A DNA stretch of 64,000 nucleotides from assembly GCA_026398535.1 (NCBI GenBank), contig JAPLSQ010000031.1:4165-68164 (forward strand), written 5' to 3'. The notes beneath the pieces are model-generated. The model ran no database searches. It saw nothing but the letters and a program-made list of their open reading frames with translations, and was not told where the DNA came from. Shown one piece after another: positions 1-8,541 of this stretch. Both the position numbers and the translations under genes were made by a program. Position 1 is the stretch's first letter. The number at the start of each line of letters is the position of its first letter. This DNA is from Candidatus Sumerlaeota bacterium (GTDB taxonomy: Bacteria > Sumerlaeota > Sumerlaeia > Sumerlaeales > Sumerlaeaceae).

Positions 1-172
1 AACCGGCGATAAGGCTTGACTGGTTCTGCATGTATCCGAAGACGATGTGGCTGCGATCAGGCCGGCCGGACACGGCGGCGGTGAGCAACGATGCGCCAGC
101 AACCATGAACAGCGCCATGCCGAAAATCAACGCGATATGATCCGCGAGTTTGGCCAATGCATGAGTTCTCAT
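1..172 (-). CDS. Partial CDS (N-terminus only; continues off the window) of a hypothetical membrane protein; MRTHALAKLADHIALIFGMALFMVAGASLLTAAVSG...
   Basis: ATG (reverse complement) at 170-172. The open frame runs to the window edge and includes a hydrophobic TM-like stretch. Not in the ORF track because it is truncated. Confidence 0.3.
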   Translation of the reverse strand, partial: MRTHALAKLADHIALIFGMALFMVAGASLLTAAVSGRPDRSHIVFGYMQNQSSLIAG

Positions 173-297
173 TTTAAAATTATATCCCATTCAACCCCGC
201 AAGGGGGTGAACGCAACGCATAATGATTGGAAATACTTGCCAAACAGGCCTTCGCCATCCAATCTTCCCTCAATCTCAGACAGAGAGAAAAGGACAT

Positions 298-1530
298 ATG
301 AAAATACTCATCGCCAATCCGGGCAGCACATCCCTGAAGTTCAAATTGTATGAGTTCCCGCAGGAGACGATCATCGCGACGGGCAAGATCGAGCGGATGA
401 GCGAGGAGCAAAGCCCATACGCCATCAAAACAGGCGGCCAGAACATCAGCGGTTCGGCATCGTTGGCGGATTATGCCGCAGGCGCGCGATGGCTTTTGTC
501 AGTTCTGATGGGCGAGGCAGGCCTGCTCAGTCCGCATCCGCTTGAATCGCTCCATGATCTTTCGGCTGTGGCTTTCAAGGCGGTGCATGGCGGACGCTTC
601 AACACGCAACGAGGAGCCGTGGAACTGACGGACGAGGTGATTGCGGAAATGGAGCGGATGCTTCCAGTGGCCCGGTTGCACAACAGCGCCTATCTGCAGG
701 CTATCCACGCATTTGCCGCCGCGGCCCCTGATATTCCGCGATGGGCGCTCTTCGAGCCGGCTTTCCATGCGACAATCAGCGGGGAAAAAACCACCTATGG
801 GCTGCCCATCGAATGGCGCGAAAAGCATGGTGTCCGCCGATACGGCTTCCACGGGGCATCGCACCGCTACATCGCCGAAAACGCGCCCAAAATCATGGGA
901 TGGAGCCCGCGGAAGACGGCGACCGAGGGCATCGTGAATTGTCATCTGGGCGGGTCGTCGTCGCTCTGCGCCATACGCGACATGAAATCCGTGGACACGA
1001 CGATGGGTTTCTCAACGCAAACCGGCGGAATTCCCCACAGCGCGAGATGCGAAAATGTTGACGCGTGGGCCGTGCTCTTTATGCAGGAAACACTCGGATT
1101 ATCCACGACCGAGATGATGGAACTGTTATGCTCAAAAGCGGGCTTGAAGGGCATATCCGGTCTGTCCGGCGACATGCGCGATCTGTGGGAAGGCAGGGAT
1201 AAGGGGCACAAAAGAGCCTTGCTGGCGCTGGATGTCTGGGCTTACCAGGTGCGCCGCGACATCGCATGGATGACGGCCGCCCTCGATGGCATGGGGGCGC
1301 TCGTCTTCACGGGCGGCATCGGGGAAAACGGCGTCAGGGATCGGGCGCTGATTTGCTCGGGGCTTGGTTTCCTTGGCGTCAAGCTTGATCCCGCCAAAAA
1401 TGAGGCTGTGCGGGGAACAGCCGGCAAGATCAGCGCGCCGGACTCCAAGACCGAAGTCTGGGTCATCCCGACAAACGAGGAGCTCATCGTAGGCAGGGCA
1501 ACCGCACTGGCCCTGCAGGCAAAACAATAA
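298..1530 (+). CDS. ackA: Acetate/propionate kinase (ASKHA superfamily)
   Basis: MKILIANPGSTSLKF N-terminus; motifs LHNSA, FEPAFH, HGVRRYGFHGASH, CHLGGSSS, VFTGGIGEN and IPTNEEL match acetate kinase signatures. The start was chosen at MKIL (298), inside the longer track ORF 223..1530. Confidence 0.85.
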   Translation: MKILIANPGSTSLKFKLYEFPQETIIATGKIERMSEEQSPYAIKTGGQNISGSASLADYAAGARWLLSVLMGEAGLLSPHPLESLHDLSAVAFKAVHGGRFNTQRGAVELTDEVIAEMERMLPVARLHNSAYLQAIHAFAAAAPDIPRWALFEPAFHATISGEKTTYGLPIEWREKHGVRRYGFHGASHRYIAENAPKIMGWSPRKTATEGIVNCHLGGSSSLCAIRDMKSVDTTMGFSTQTGGIPHSARCENVDAWAVLFMQETLGLSTTEMMELLCSKAGLKGISGLSGDMRDLWEGRDKGHKRALLALDVWAYQVRRDIAWMTAALDGMGALVFTGGIGENGVRDRALICSGLGFLGVKLDPAKNEAVRGTAGKISAPDSKTEVWVIPTNEELIVGRATALALQAKQ

Positions 1531-1642
1531 TAGAAGCGGGACGCGGCGGAAAACTGTCTTGCAACATCCAGGCGGGGCGTGCATATTGCCCTTGCGTGGT
1601 TCACCACAGAGACACAGAGAACTGCGTGGCGGGAACTGATCC

Positions 1643-2602
1643 TTATAAAAGGTGACAGGCGGCAAAGTGGCCGTTGCCCAGCTCGCGCAAGGTGGGGTGC
1701 TCGCGACAGCATACGTCCATGACATGCGCGCATCGTGTGGAGAAAGGGCATCCCGGCGGGGGATTGGCGGGGCTCGGCATGTCCCCCTTTAACGATACAT
1801 TACCTGTTTTTCGCTCGGCGCTCATGGAGGGAACACTGGCGAGAAGGGCGCGGGTGTAAGGATGAGCGGTTCGCTCAAAGATGGCCTCGCCGCCGCCGAT
1901 CTCCATCATTCTGCCCAGGTACATGACCGCCACCATGTCGCTGATCCGCTCGACGACCGCCAAGTTGTGTGAGATGAACAGGTATGTGAGACCGAACTGA
2001 TGCTGAAGGTCCTGAAGGAGCTTCAACACCTGAGCCTGAATGGAGACATCAAGGGCGGACATAGGCTCGTCGCAAATCAAAAGATCGGGTTTCAGCGATA
2101 ACGCCCGCGCGATGCAGACCCGCTGAAGTTGTCCGCCGCTCAACTCCCCCGGATAGGCGTTGAACGCGTCCGGCGGCACGCCGACCGTGGCCAGCAATTC
2201 CCGGACTTTATTCTCCCACTCGCTCTTCTTTCCAATCCGGTGAATGCGGTAAGGTTCGGTGACAGCCCAGCCAATCGAGCGTTGCGGATTGAGCGCTGAG
2301 TACGGGTCCTGGGGAATGAGTTGCATTCTGCGGCGCAATGACCGCATACCGCGCGCTCCCAATCCGGTGATGTCCATGCCCTCGAAGAAAATGCGGCCGC
2401 TGGTCGGCTCGGCAAGGCGAAGGATCATTCGGCCGACGGTTGTTTTGCCGCTCCCGCTTTCACCGACGAGCCCAAGGGTTGCGCCCCTTCGCATCCCGAA
2501 GGATATGCCGTCCACGGCCCGGACGATTGTGCCTCTGAAATGGAAATATTTCCGCAATGCCTCAACCCTGAGCAAATCACCATTGGCGGGTGTGCTGTTC
2601 AT
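1643..2602 (-). CDS. ABC transporter ATP-binding protein, OppF/DppF-like
   Basis: Walker A GESGSGKTT; signature LSGGQLQRVCIARAL; Walker B LLICDEP; C-terminal oligopeptide-type extension (CPFSTRC). Overlaps the upstream ATPase by 4 bp (ATGA). Confidence 0.9.
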   Translation of the reverse strand: MNSTPANGDLLRVEALRKYFHFRGTIVRAVDGISFGMRRGATLGLVGESGSGKTTVGRMILRLAEPTSGRIFFEGMDITGLGARGMRSLRRRMQLIPQDPYSALNPQRSIGWAVTEPYRIHRIGKKSEWENKVRELLATVGVPPDAFNAYPGELSGGQLQRVCIARALSLKPDLLICDEPMSALDVSIQAQVLKLLQDLQHQFGLTYLFISHNLAVVERISDMVAVMYLGRMMEIGGGEAIFERTAHPYTRALLASVPSMSAERKTGNVSLKGDMPSPANPPPGCPFSTRCAHVMDVCCREHPTLRELGNGHFAACHLL

Positions 2603-3621
2603 GGCGTCGCGGGCATCCCCTTATGCAACCAGCAGGCGCTGGCGTGATCAGCGGTGCACTGAAATATGGGCGGCGTTTCCCGCGCGCAGATTTCCATCAG
2701 GCTGGAACAGCGCGGATGAAAGGCGCAGCCTGAGGGCAATTGAAGCGGATCGGGCGGGGAGCCGGGGATCGGGTCGAGCGGTTCCATTCGGCGCCCCAAC
2801 CGCGGGGAGGATTGTAACAATTTTCGCGAGTACGGATGAGCAGGCTCGCGCATGAAAACGCTGACCGGCGCGCTTTCCACGATTCGTCCCGCATACATCA
2901 CGATGATGCGTTCGCATACCTCGGCGACCACGCCAAGATCGTGCGATACAAGAAAAACGGCCGTCCCCCTCTCCCTGCGCAGACGGGCGATCAGACGCAG
3001 CACCTGCATCTGCACGGTGACATCCAACGCTGTCGTGGGCTCATCGGCGATCAGCAATTTGGGGTTGCAGGCCAGCGCCATGGCGATCATCACCCGCTGG
3101 CGCATGCCGCCGCTGAATTGGAATGGATATTCCCAAAACCTTTTCCCGGGATCTGGAATTCCAACCAGCTCCAGCAATTCAAGGGCGCGTGTGTCGGCGG
3201 CGCGCGCCGTCATCAGGCCATGCCAGCGTAGTGGTTCAGCCACCTGCTCGCCAATCCTAATCGTCGGATTCAGCGAACTCATCGGGTCCTGAAAGATCAT
3301 GCCGATTTCACGCCCGCGGATGCCGCGCAGCGCTGTTTGGTCCATCGCGGCAAGGTTCCGCCCCTCAAGAAGCGCCTCACCTGTCACGGTGCATCCCTGC
3401 GCAGGCAAGAGTCCCATGACCGCGAGCGCGCTGACGCTCTTGCCGCTGCCGCTCTCGCCGACAAGACCCAGGCTCCCGCCCTTGCGCAGACTGTAGGAGA
3501 TGCCATCAACCGCCTTCAGAATCCGCCGCCGCGGTTCGCGCATTTGAAAATGAACCGCCAGATTCCGCACTTCCAGCAGATGCCCTTTGCCGACGGACTG
3601 TTGTGTAAAGGTCATGCTCAA
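2599..3621 (-). CDS. ABC transporter ATP-binding protein, OppD/DppD-like
   Basis: GESGSGKSV Walker A; FSGGMRQRVMIAMAL signature; LLIADEPTTALD Walker B. Confidence 0.9.
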   Translation of the reverse strand: MSMTFTQQSVGKGHLLEVRNLAVHFQMREPRRRILKAVDGISYSLRKGGSLGLVGESGSGKSVSALAVMGLLPAQGCTVTGEALLEGRNLAAMDQTALRGIRGREIGMIFQDPMSSLNPTIRIGEQVAEPLRWHGLMTARAADTRALELLELVGIPDPGKRFWEYPFQFSGGMRQRVMIAMALACNPKLLIADEPTTALDVTVQMQVLRLIARLRRERGTAVFLVSHDLGVVAEVCERIIVMYAGRIVESAPVSVFMREPAHPYSRKLLQSSPRLGRRMEPLDPIPGSPPDPLQLPSGCAFHPRCSSLMEICARETPPIFQCTADHASACWLHKGMPATP

Positions 3622-4466
3622 TCCCCCTTCCTGTTCATGCTCAGCGCGTCCTGAAGTCCGTCGCCGAGGAAGGTGAAAGCCATGAGCGTGATGGTAAAAA
3701 GGACGGAGGGAAAGACAAGGAGGTGAGGATACGAGCGCATCGCGGCGGCGCCATCAGCAATGATAGTGCCGAAGGAGGGAATCGGCGGTTGCACGCCCAT
3801 ACCGAGTATGCTCAATCCCGACTCGACCATCATCCCGCCGGGGATCGAAAATGTGATGGTGACGATCAACGGCCCCAGCGTGTTCGGCAGGATATATTTT
3901 GTGATGATATGGAAACCGCTGGCTCCAAGCGACCGCGCCAGCTCGACATATTCCAGCCCTTTGACCGAGATCACCTGCCCGCGCATCAGCCGAGCCATCC
4001 CCACCCACGAGGTGGCGCCAACCGCCAGGAACATCGTCGGAAAACCGCGTCCAAGGCCCGATACAAGGATGATGCTGAACAGAAAGGAAGGAAAGGCGAA
4101 CACGACATCGGTGAAACGCATGATGATGAAATCCGTTCTGCCGCCGGCATAACCCGCCCAGGCTCCGAGAAATCCGCCAATCAGCAGACTCAGGAATGTG
4201 CCTCCCAGCGAAATGATGAGCGCGTTGCGAAGACTGTAGATCAGACGGCTGAAAAGGTCGCGCCCCAAATCGTCGGTTCCCATCCAGTACTTGAGACTCG
4301 GCGGCTGGTAGGAAGATTCAGGCCCCAGATGAGCCTCATTGTATGCGTAAGGCGTGATATAAGGCGCCAGCGCCGACACCGCAACCAATGCCGCCACGAA
4401 AACCCCGCAGACAAGCGCCAGACGGTTGCGGCTGAGACGCGTCAACACCTGCCGCCAGTAGCCCAT
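3618..4466 (-). CDS. ABC transporter permease, OppC/DppC-like
   Basis: Multi-TM protein with the ABC permease EAA-like region (ARSLGASGFHIITKYILPN); sits between an OppB-like gene and the ATPases. Confidence 0.85.
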   Translation of the reverse strand: MGYWRQVLTRLSRNRLALVCGVFVAALVAVSALAPYITPYAYNEAHLGPESSYQPPSLKYWMGTDDLGRDLFSRLIYSLRNALIISLGGTFLSLLIGGFLGAWAGYAGGRTDFIIMRFTDVVFAFPSFLFSIILVSGLGRGFPTMFLAVGATSWVGMARLMRGQVISVKGLEYVELARSLGASGFHIITKYILPNTLGPLIVTITFSIPGGMMVESGLSILGMGVQPPIPSFGTIIADGAAAMRSYPHLLVFPSVLFTITLMAFTFLGDGLQDALSMNRKGD

Positions 4467-4468
4467 GA

Positions 4469-5482
4469 TCAGCCCCCCTCATTCCGCAGACGCGGATCAA
4501 TGATCCGGTATGAAATGTCCACGAGAAGGTTCATGATGCTGATTGTTGCGGCCAGAAACATTAGCGAGGCGATCATTAAGGGGTAATCGCGATCCGTGGC
4601 GGCCGTGGCGAAATAACGGCCCAGCCCCGGTACACGGTAGATCGTCTCGATCCAAACCGTGCCGACAAGCATCGTCCCCACCTGCGGGCCCATCACGGTG
4701 ATCAATGGGATAAGGGAGTTGCGAAGGGCGTGATTGCCGATGACCGCCATCGGCGATCCCCCCTTGGCCCAGGCCGTTCGAATATAGCTCTCGTTCATGG
4801 TGGTGATCATGCTTGTGCGCATGTAACGCACGATGATCGCGATAGGCGCTATCGCCAGAGCCAGCACCGGCATGATAAAATTCCGTCCATGCCCCCAGCC
4901 GCTGGTGGGCAGCCATCCCAAATACACTGAAAGCAGAAGCTGCAATCCAAGGGCGATCACGTAAGGCGGAATACATTGACCCCCCATTGCCAGCGTTACG
5001 CATGTCCGATCCATCCATGTGTTTCGTCGAAGCGCCGCCAAAATGCCCAGCGGCGCTCCTATCAAAAATGCCACCGCCACGGAGAGCAGAGCCAGTGAGA
5101 AGGACACGGGAAATCCCTCCCGAATCATCGTTTCGATCGTCCGGTTCGGATACCTGAATGATGGGCCAAAGTTGAACGTGACGGTGTCTTTGATGAAACG
5201 GACGTATTGCACGTTCACCGGTTTGTTGCTTCCAAAGCGGTCTTCCCATTGCCCCATGATCTGCTGCTGGGTGACCTGATCGCCGGCGATGAATCCCTGA
5301 AGCCGTGTGACATCAAGAAAATTGCCCGGAGCCGCGTGAATCAGCCAGAAGGTGATGTAGCAGACAACCATCAGCACAAGGACCACGCCAATCAGCCGTC
5401 GGATGATATAACCGGTCATCGTGTTGCCGAAAGACTGAATCATTCGCCCTATCGCCCGGGCGTATTGGCGTATGCCCATCAT
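4469..5482 (-). CDS. ABC transporter permease, OppB/DppB-like
   Basis: IIRRLIGVVLVLMVV N-terminal TM and AWAKGGSPMAVIGNHALRN permease motif. The start at 5482 overlaps the binding-protein stop (ATGA); an alternative start is 5419 (MTGYIIRRL). Confidence 0.8.
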   Translation of the reverse strand: MMGIRQYARAIGRMIQSFGNTMTGYIIRRLIGVVLVLMVVCYITFWLIHAAPGNFLDVTRLQGFIAGDQVTQQQIMGQWEDRFGSNKPVNVQYVRFIKDTVTFNFGPSFRYPNRTIETMIREGFPVSFSLALLSVAVAFLIGAPLGILAALRRNTWMDRTCVTLAMGGQCIPPYVIALGLQLLLSVYLGWLPTSGWGHGRNFIMPVLALAIAPIAIIVRYMRTSMITTMNESYIRTAWAKGGSPMAVIGNHALRNSLIPLITVMGPQVGTMLVGTVWIETIYRVPGLGRYFATAATDRDYPLMIASLMFLAATISIMNLLVDISYRIIDPRLRNEGG

Positions 5483-7326
5483 CCATCGTCCTTCTTGCCG
5501 TTTTCGATGTTGATCCAGCGGTAGTACATGATCGTGGAGTTCAGATAGGGATTAAGAACAACACCATGGACTTTGGGCTGGATGAGCCACCAGCCCATCT
5601 GATAGGTGTATTGAATTGTCCATGCTTCCTCGTCAATTTTGAGCATGGCCTCGTTCAGCATATCATTCTGGCGCGATGCGTCCTTCTCAGTCGCGATCTC
5701 TTTGGCTCTGTCCAACAGCCAGCGGCATGTGGGACCGACTTTTTCCGTCCGGTAAAGATCGATTTTCGCGCCCAACTCCTCCAGGCGTTTGCGTTTCTCC
5801 TCCTGCTTGCTTTCCTCGAGCATGCTGATGACATCAGAATTCTCCGTGCAGGTTTGCCAGAACTCCATCCGCTCCTTCGGGGGCATGTCCCAGAAGGGCA
5901 GATAGACGCTTGTGAACTGGCGGATAGCCTCCAATTGGCTGTCCCAAATGTAAAACACGGCCCCGTATGTGTATCCGAGATAGCCCGGCGGCTGAATCGC
6001 CGCGTTTCTGGCCGACCATACGCCCGGTTCCATGTTTTCAAGGTTCACTTTAATGCCCAGGTTATGCTCCCATTCCTCCTTCAGGCCGGCCAGGATGGTG
6101 ATCAGCGGCGGCCCCTGGGTGGGAACCATGATGTTGACGACGGGACACTTCCCGCCGGTGGCGGCTTCAGCTTCCGCGAGGAGCCGGCGCGCCTCCACTG
6201 CATTGAATGCAAGACCGCGTTCCTTGACGTGTGACAGGACAGGCGGGACGAAATCGGTCAGCGGGACATAGATTCCCTTGGCAACGGTGTTGACGATTTT
6301 GGGGAGGTCGGCGCCCATCGTCAGCGCGCGCCGGAACCGCGCGTCCGACATAATCGGGTGTTGCGTCTTGACAGGCATAAGGAAGTGCACCGTGCTTGTG
6401 GGCGAGGTGACAAGCGCGCCACTGAGCCTGGTGTTGCGGAAACAGTATCGGATGTCCGGAATTGCTCCGGCTGGTGTAATGTCCACCTCGTTGTTTTCAA
6501 AAGCGGTCACGCCGCCGGCCGCATTGAGCAAGAGAATGATGCGGTCAAGGTTGCCACGTTCACCGCTCCAGCAGGGATTGGGCTTCAGACTCATCGAACT
6601 GTTGAAAAGCCACTTCTCGACGATATAGGGGCCGTTGCAGACAAAGTTGCCGGGTTGCGTCCAATCCTTCCCCTGCTTCTCGCAGGACTCGACGACTTTT
6701 TTCGGAACGGGAAGGCAGACGGGGTGCAACAGGGAATCAGGGAAATCCGGCGTTGGCGATTTCAGCGTGACGCGCAATGTCCAGGAATCAGGCGCTTCAA
6801 TGCCTATCTGTTCGGGCGGAATGTTGCGGCCCATGCCGAATTCCTGGAAGTTGCGGATGAAACGCAGACCGGAATTATACCACCATGTGCCGCCGGCTAT
6901 CCTCGGATTGCCGACCCGTATCCACGCATACCGGAAGTCTTCCGCCGTGACAAGATCGCCATTCGACCACCGGCGGTCTTTGCGCAGATGGAATGTGTAA
7001 GTGAGCAAGTCCTCTGAAACATCCCATCGCTCCGCTGCCGCGGGCGCAACCCGGAGGTCGCGCGTGAACTCGACCAGTCCCTCGAATAACGCCTGCTGGG
7101 TGATGAACGTGCCGGTGAAATAGCGCGGGTCTATCGTTGTGACTGTATTGCCGTCAACCCGCAGGACTTTCTCGCCGGGTTTGACCACGTCGAACTCGGC
7201 CCCCTTCTGGCGTGTCGCCGCATAGACGGACCAGACCAGAATAAAGAGCGTGACGAGGCCAATCCCGTAGAAAGCCAGAAGATCCGATTTGAAGAACCGT
7301 CTGACCATGTAGGCAAGGTCACCCAT
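5479..7326 (-). CDS. ABC transporter substrate-binding protein, family 5 (Opp/Dpp-type; probable oligosaccharide- or oligopeptide-binding)
   Basis: 615 aa with an N-terminal membrane anchor/signal (LLAFYGIGLVTLFILVWSVYAA). Size and composition are typical of family-5 binding proteins; it is the first gene of the permease/ATPase set. Confidence 0.8.
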   Translation of the reverse strand: MGDLAYMVRRFFKSDLLAFYGIGLVTLFILVWSVYAATRQKGAEFDVVKPGEKVLRVDGNTVTTIDPRYFTGTFITQQALFEGLVEFTRDLRVAPAAAERWDVSEDLLTYTFHLRKDRRWSNGDLVTAEDFRYAWIRVGNPRIAGGTWWYNSGLRFIRNFQEFGMGRNIPPEQIGIEAPDSWTLRVTLKSPTPDFPDSLLHPVCLPVPKKVVESCEKQGKDWTQPGNFVCNGPYIVEKWLFNSSMSLKPNPCWSGERGNLDRIILLLNAAGGVTAFENNEVDITPAGAIPDIRYCFRNTRLSGALVTSPTSTVHFLMPVKTQHPIMSDARFRRALTMGADLPKIVNTVAKGIYVPLTDFVPPVLSHVKERGLAFNAVEARRLLAEAEAATGGKCPVVNIMVPTQGPPLITILAGLKEEWEHNLGIKVNLENMEPGVWSARNAAIQPPGYLGYTYGAVFYIWDSQLEAIRQFTSVYLPFWDMPPKERMEFWQTCTENSDVISMLEESKQEEKRKRLEELGAKIDLYRTEKVGPTCRWLLDRAKEIATEKDASRQNDMLNEAMLKIDEEAWTIQYTYQMGWWLIQPKVHGVVLNPYLNSTIMYYRWINIENGKKDDG

Positions 7327-7474
7327 CAGGCGTCCACCATGTTGCGCACACGGTCAGTCTCATGAATGGGCCAGCCCCATTCCAGCGCGCCAACCATGCG
7401 GATCGCTTCTATAAGGCCTGCCCTGTTCGCGCGTGTTAACTTCATATCGTTCAGCCTCAGACTGTCCCGCGGGG

Positions 7475-8461
7475 TCAGTCGTTTTTCGCCTCTTCAATCA
7501 TTGCCGCCAGGTTCTCCACGGGAACATCGGGCAGGATCGCCTCGTGGCTGGGCGAGACAACGTAGCCTGGCCCCAGGTGTTTCTTGTTGTGTCTTACGGC
7601 TTCGCGAACCTCCCGTGGCGTTCCTTTGCGCAGCAGATAATGCACGTCAACTCCGCCGACAAAAAGCAGCTTCCCGCGAAACTCACGGCCAAGCTCCTCC
7701 ACGTTCATGCCCGCGGCCGAAACCTGAACCGGATGCAGCGCCTCGATTCCCATGTCGATCAGATCAGGAATCAGTTTGCGAACCGAACCGCAGGTGTGCA
7801 GCCACACATGGATCCCGTAGGAGTGCGCCTGCTCGATCAGGCGCATCATGCCCGGCTTGATGAATTTCAGGAAAAGCTCGCGGCTGAAAAGGATGCCGTT
7901 TTGCGTGCCCAGATCGTTCCCAAAGAAAAAGAAATCAATGAGGCCGCCGGCTTCCTTGAAAACCTTATCATTGACGGCATAGTGGAAATCCACAAGGCGC
8001 TCGGTAACCGCTTCCACCAGCGCCGGCTCATCGAGCATCTTGATCAGGTAATCCTCGCCGCCCAGAAGGTTCCAGCAATCATGAAAAAAAGGCGACCAAC
8101 TCCCCCCATAGACCGCGGAATCTTTCGCCGCGAGACAGCTTTGCCGTGTCGCGCCAACATCCGCGTGTTTCGGATCAGGCCACGAAAAAGTTTCCACTTC
8201 ATGCATTGTCTCGAGTTTCACCAGGCCGGTTCTTTCAAAATCAAAAACCCATCTTTCATTGGGCGCGCGCCAGTGATAACTGTCAGCATAACGGAAATCA
8301 TCGCCCACCACGCGAAGAAGACTTTCGCGGTCAGCGGCTCCGTAATAGTCTTGAAGATTTGCAAGAACTTCCGGTTGGGGATGCCCCAGCCACAAAGGCG
8401 TCCGGTCCGGCTGCTTGTGCGCCAGAGCTGTCAATACTCGCTGCTTGGAGTTCATCAACAT
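7475..8461 (-). CDS. Uroporphyrinogen decarboxylase (URO-D) family protein (MtaA/CmuA-like methyltransferase fold); function unknown
   Basis: 328 aa with URO-D-like features (…TPLWLGHPQPE…, HTCGSVRKLIPDLIDMGIEALHPVQ). Cytoplasmic. Confidence 0.7.
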   Translation of the reverse strand: MLMNSKQRVLTALAHKQPDRTPLWLGHPQPEVLANLQDYYGAADRESLLRVVGDDFRYADSYHWRAPNERWVFDFERTGLVKLETMHEVETFSWPDPKHADVGATRQSCLAAKDSAVYGGSWSPFFHDCWNLLGGEDYLIKMLDEPALVEAVTERLVDFHYAVNDKVFKEAGGLIDFFFFGNDLGTQNGILFSRELFLKFIKPGMMRLIEQAHSYGIHVWLHTCGSVRKLIPDLIDMGIEALHPVQVSAAGMNVEELGREFRGKLLFVGGVDVHYLLRKGTPREVREAVRHNKKHLGPGYVVSPSHEAILPDVPVENLAAMIEEAKND

Positions 8462-8541
8462 CTTTCTTCATCTGAGTGCTATTATGATGTATATGTGTTT
8501 ATCGGACCCGCCTGATATTAAGCCGAATTGCCAGAATCCCA

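Noticed and set aside
499-945. 148-aa ORF antisense to ackA, and many similar 60-250 aa ORFs throughout the track (e.g. 1132..1725, 3723..4586, 7433..8515, 21196..21810, 36513..37841, 59899..60393)
   Set aside because: They lie entirely inside well-supported genes on the opposite strand and have Arg/Pro/Ala/Gly-rich low-complexity translations. They lack start-site context. They are typical shadow ORFs of a GC-rich genome.
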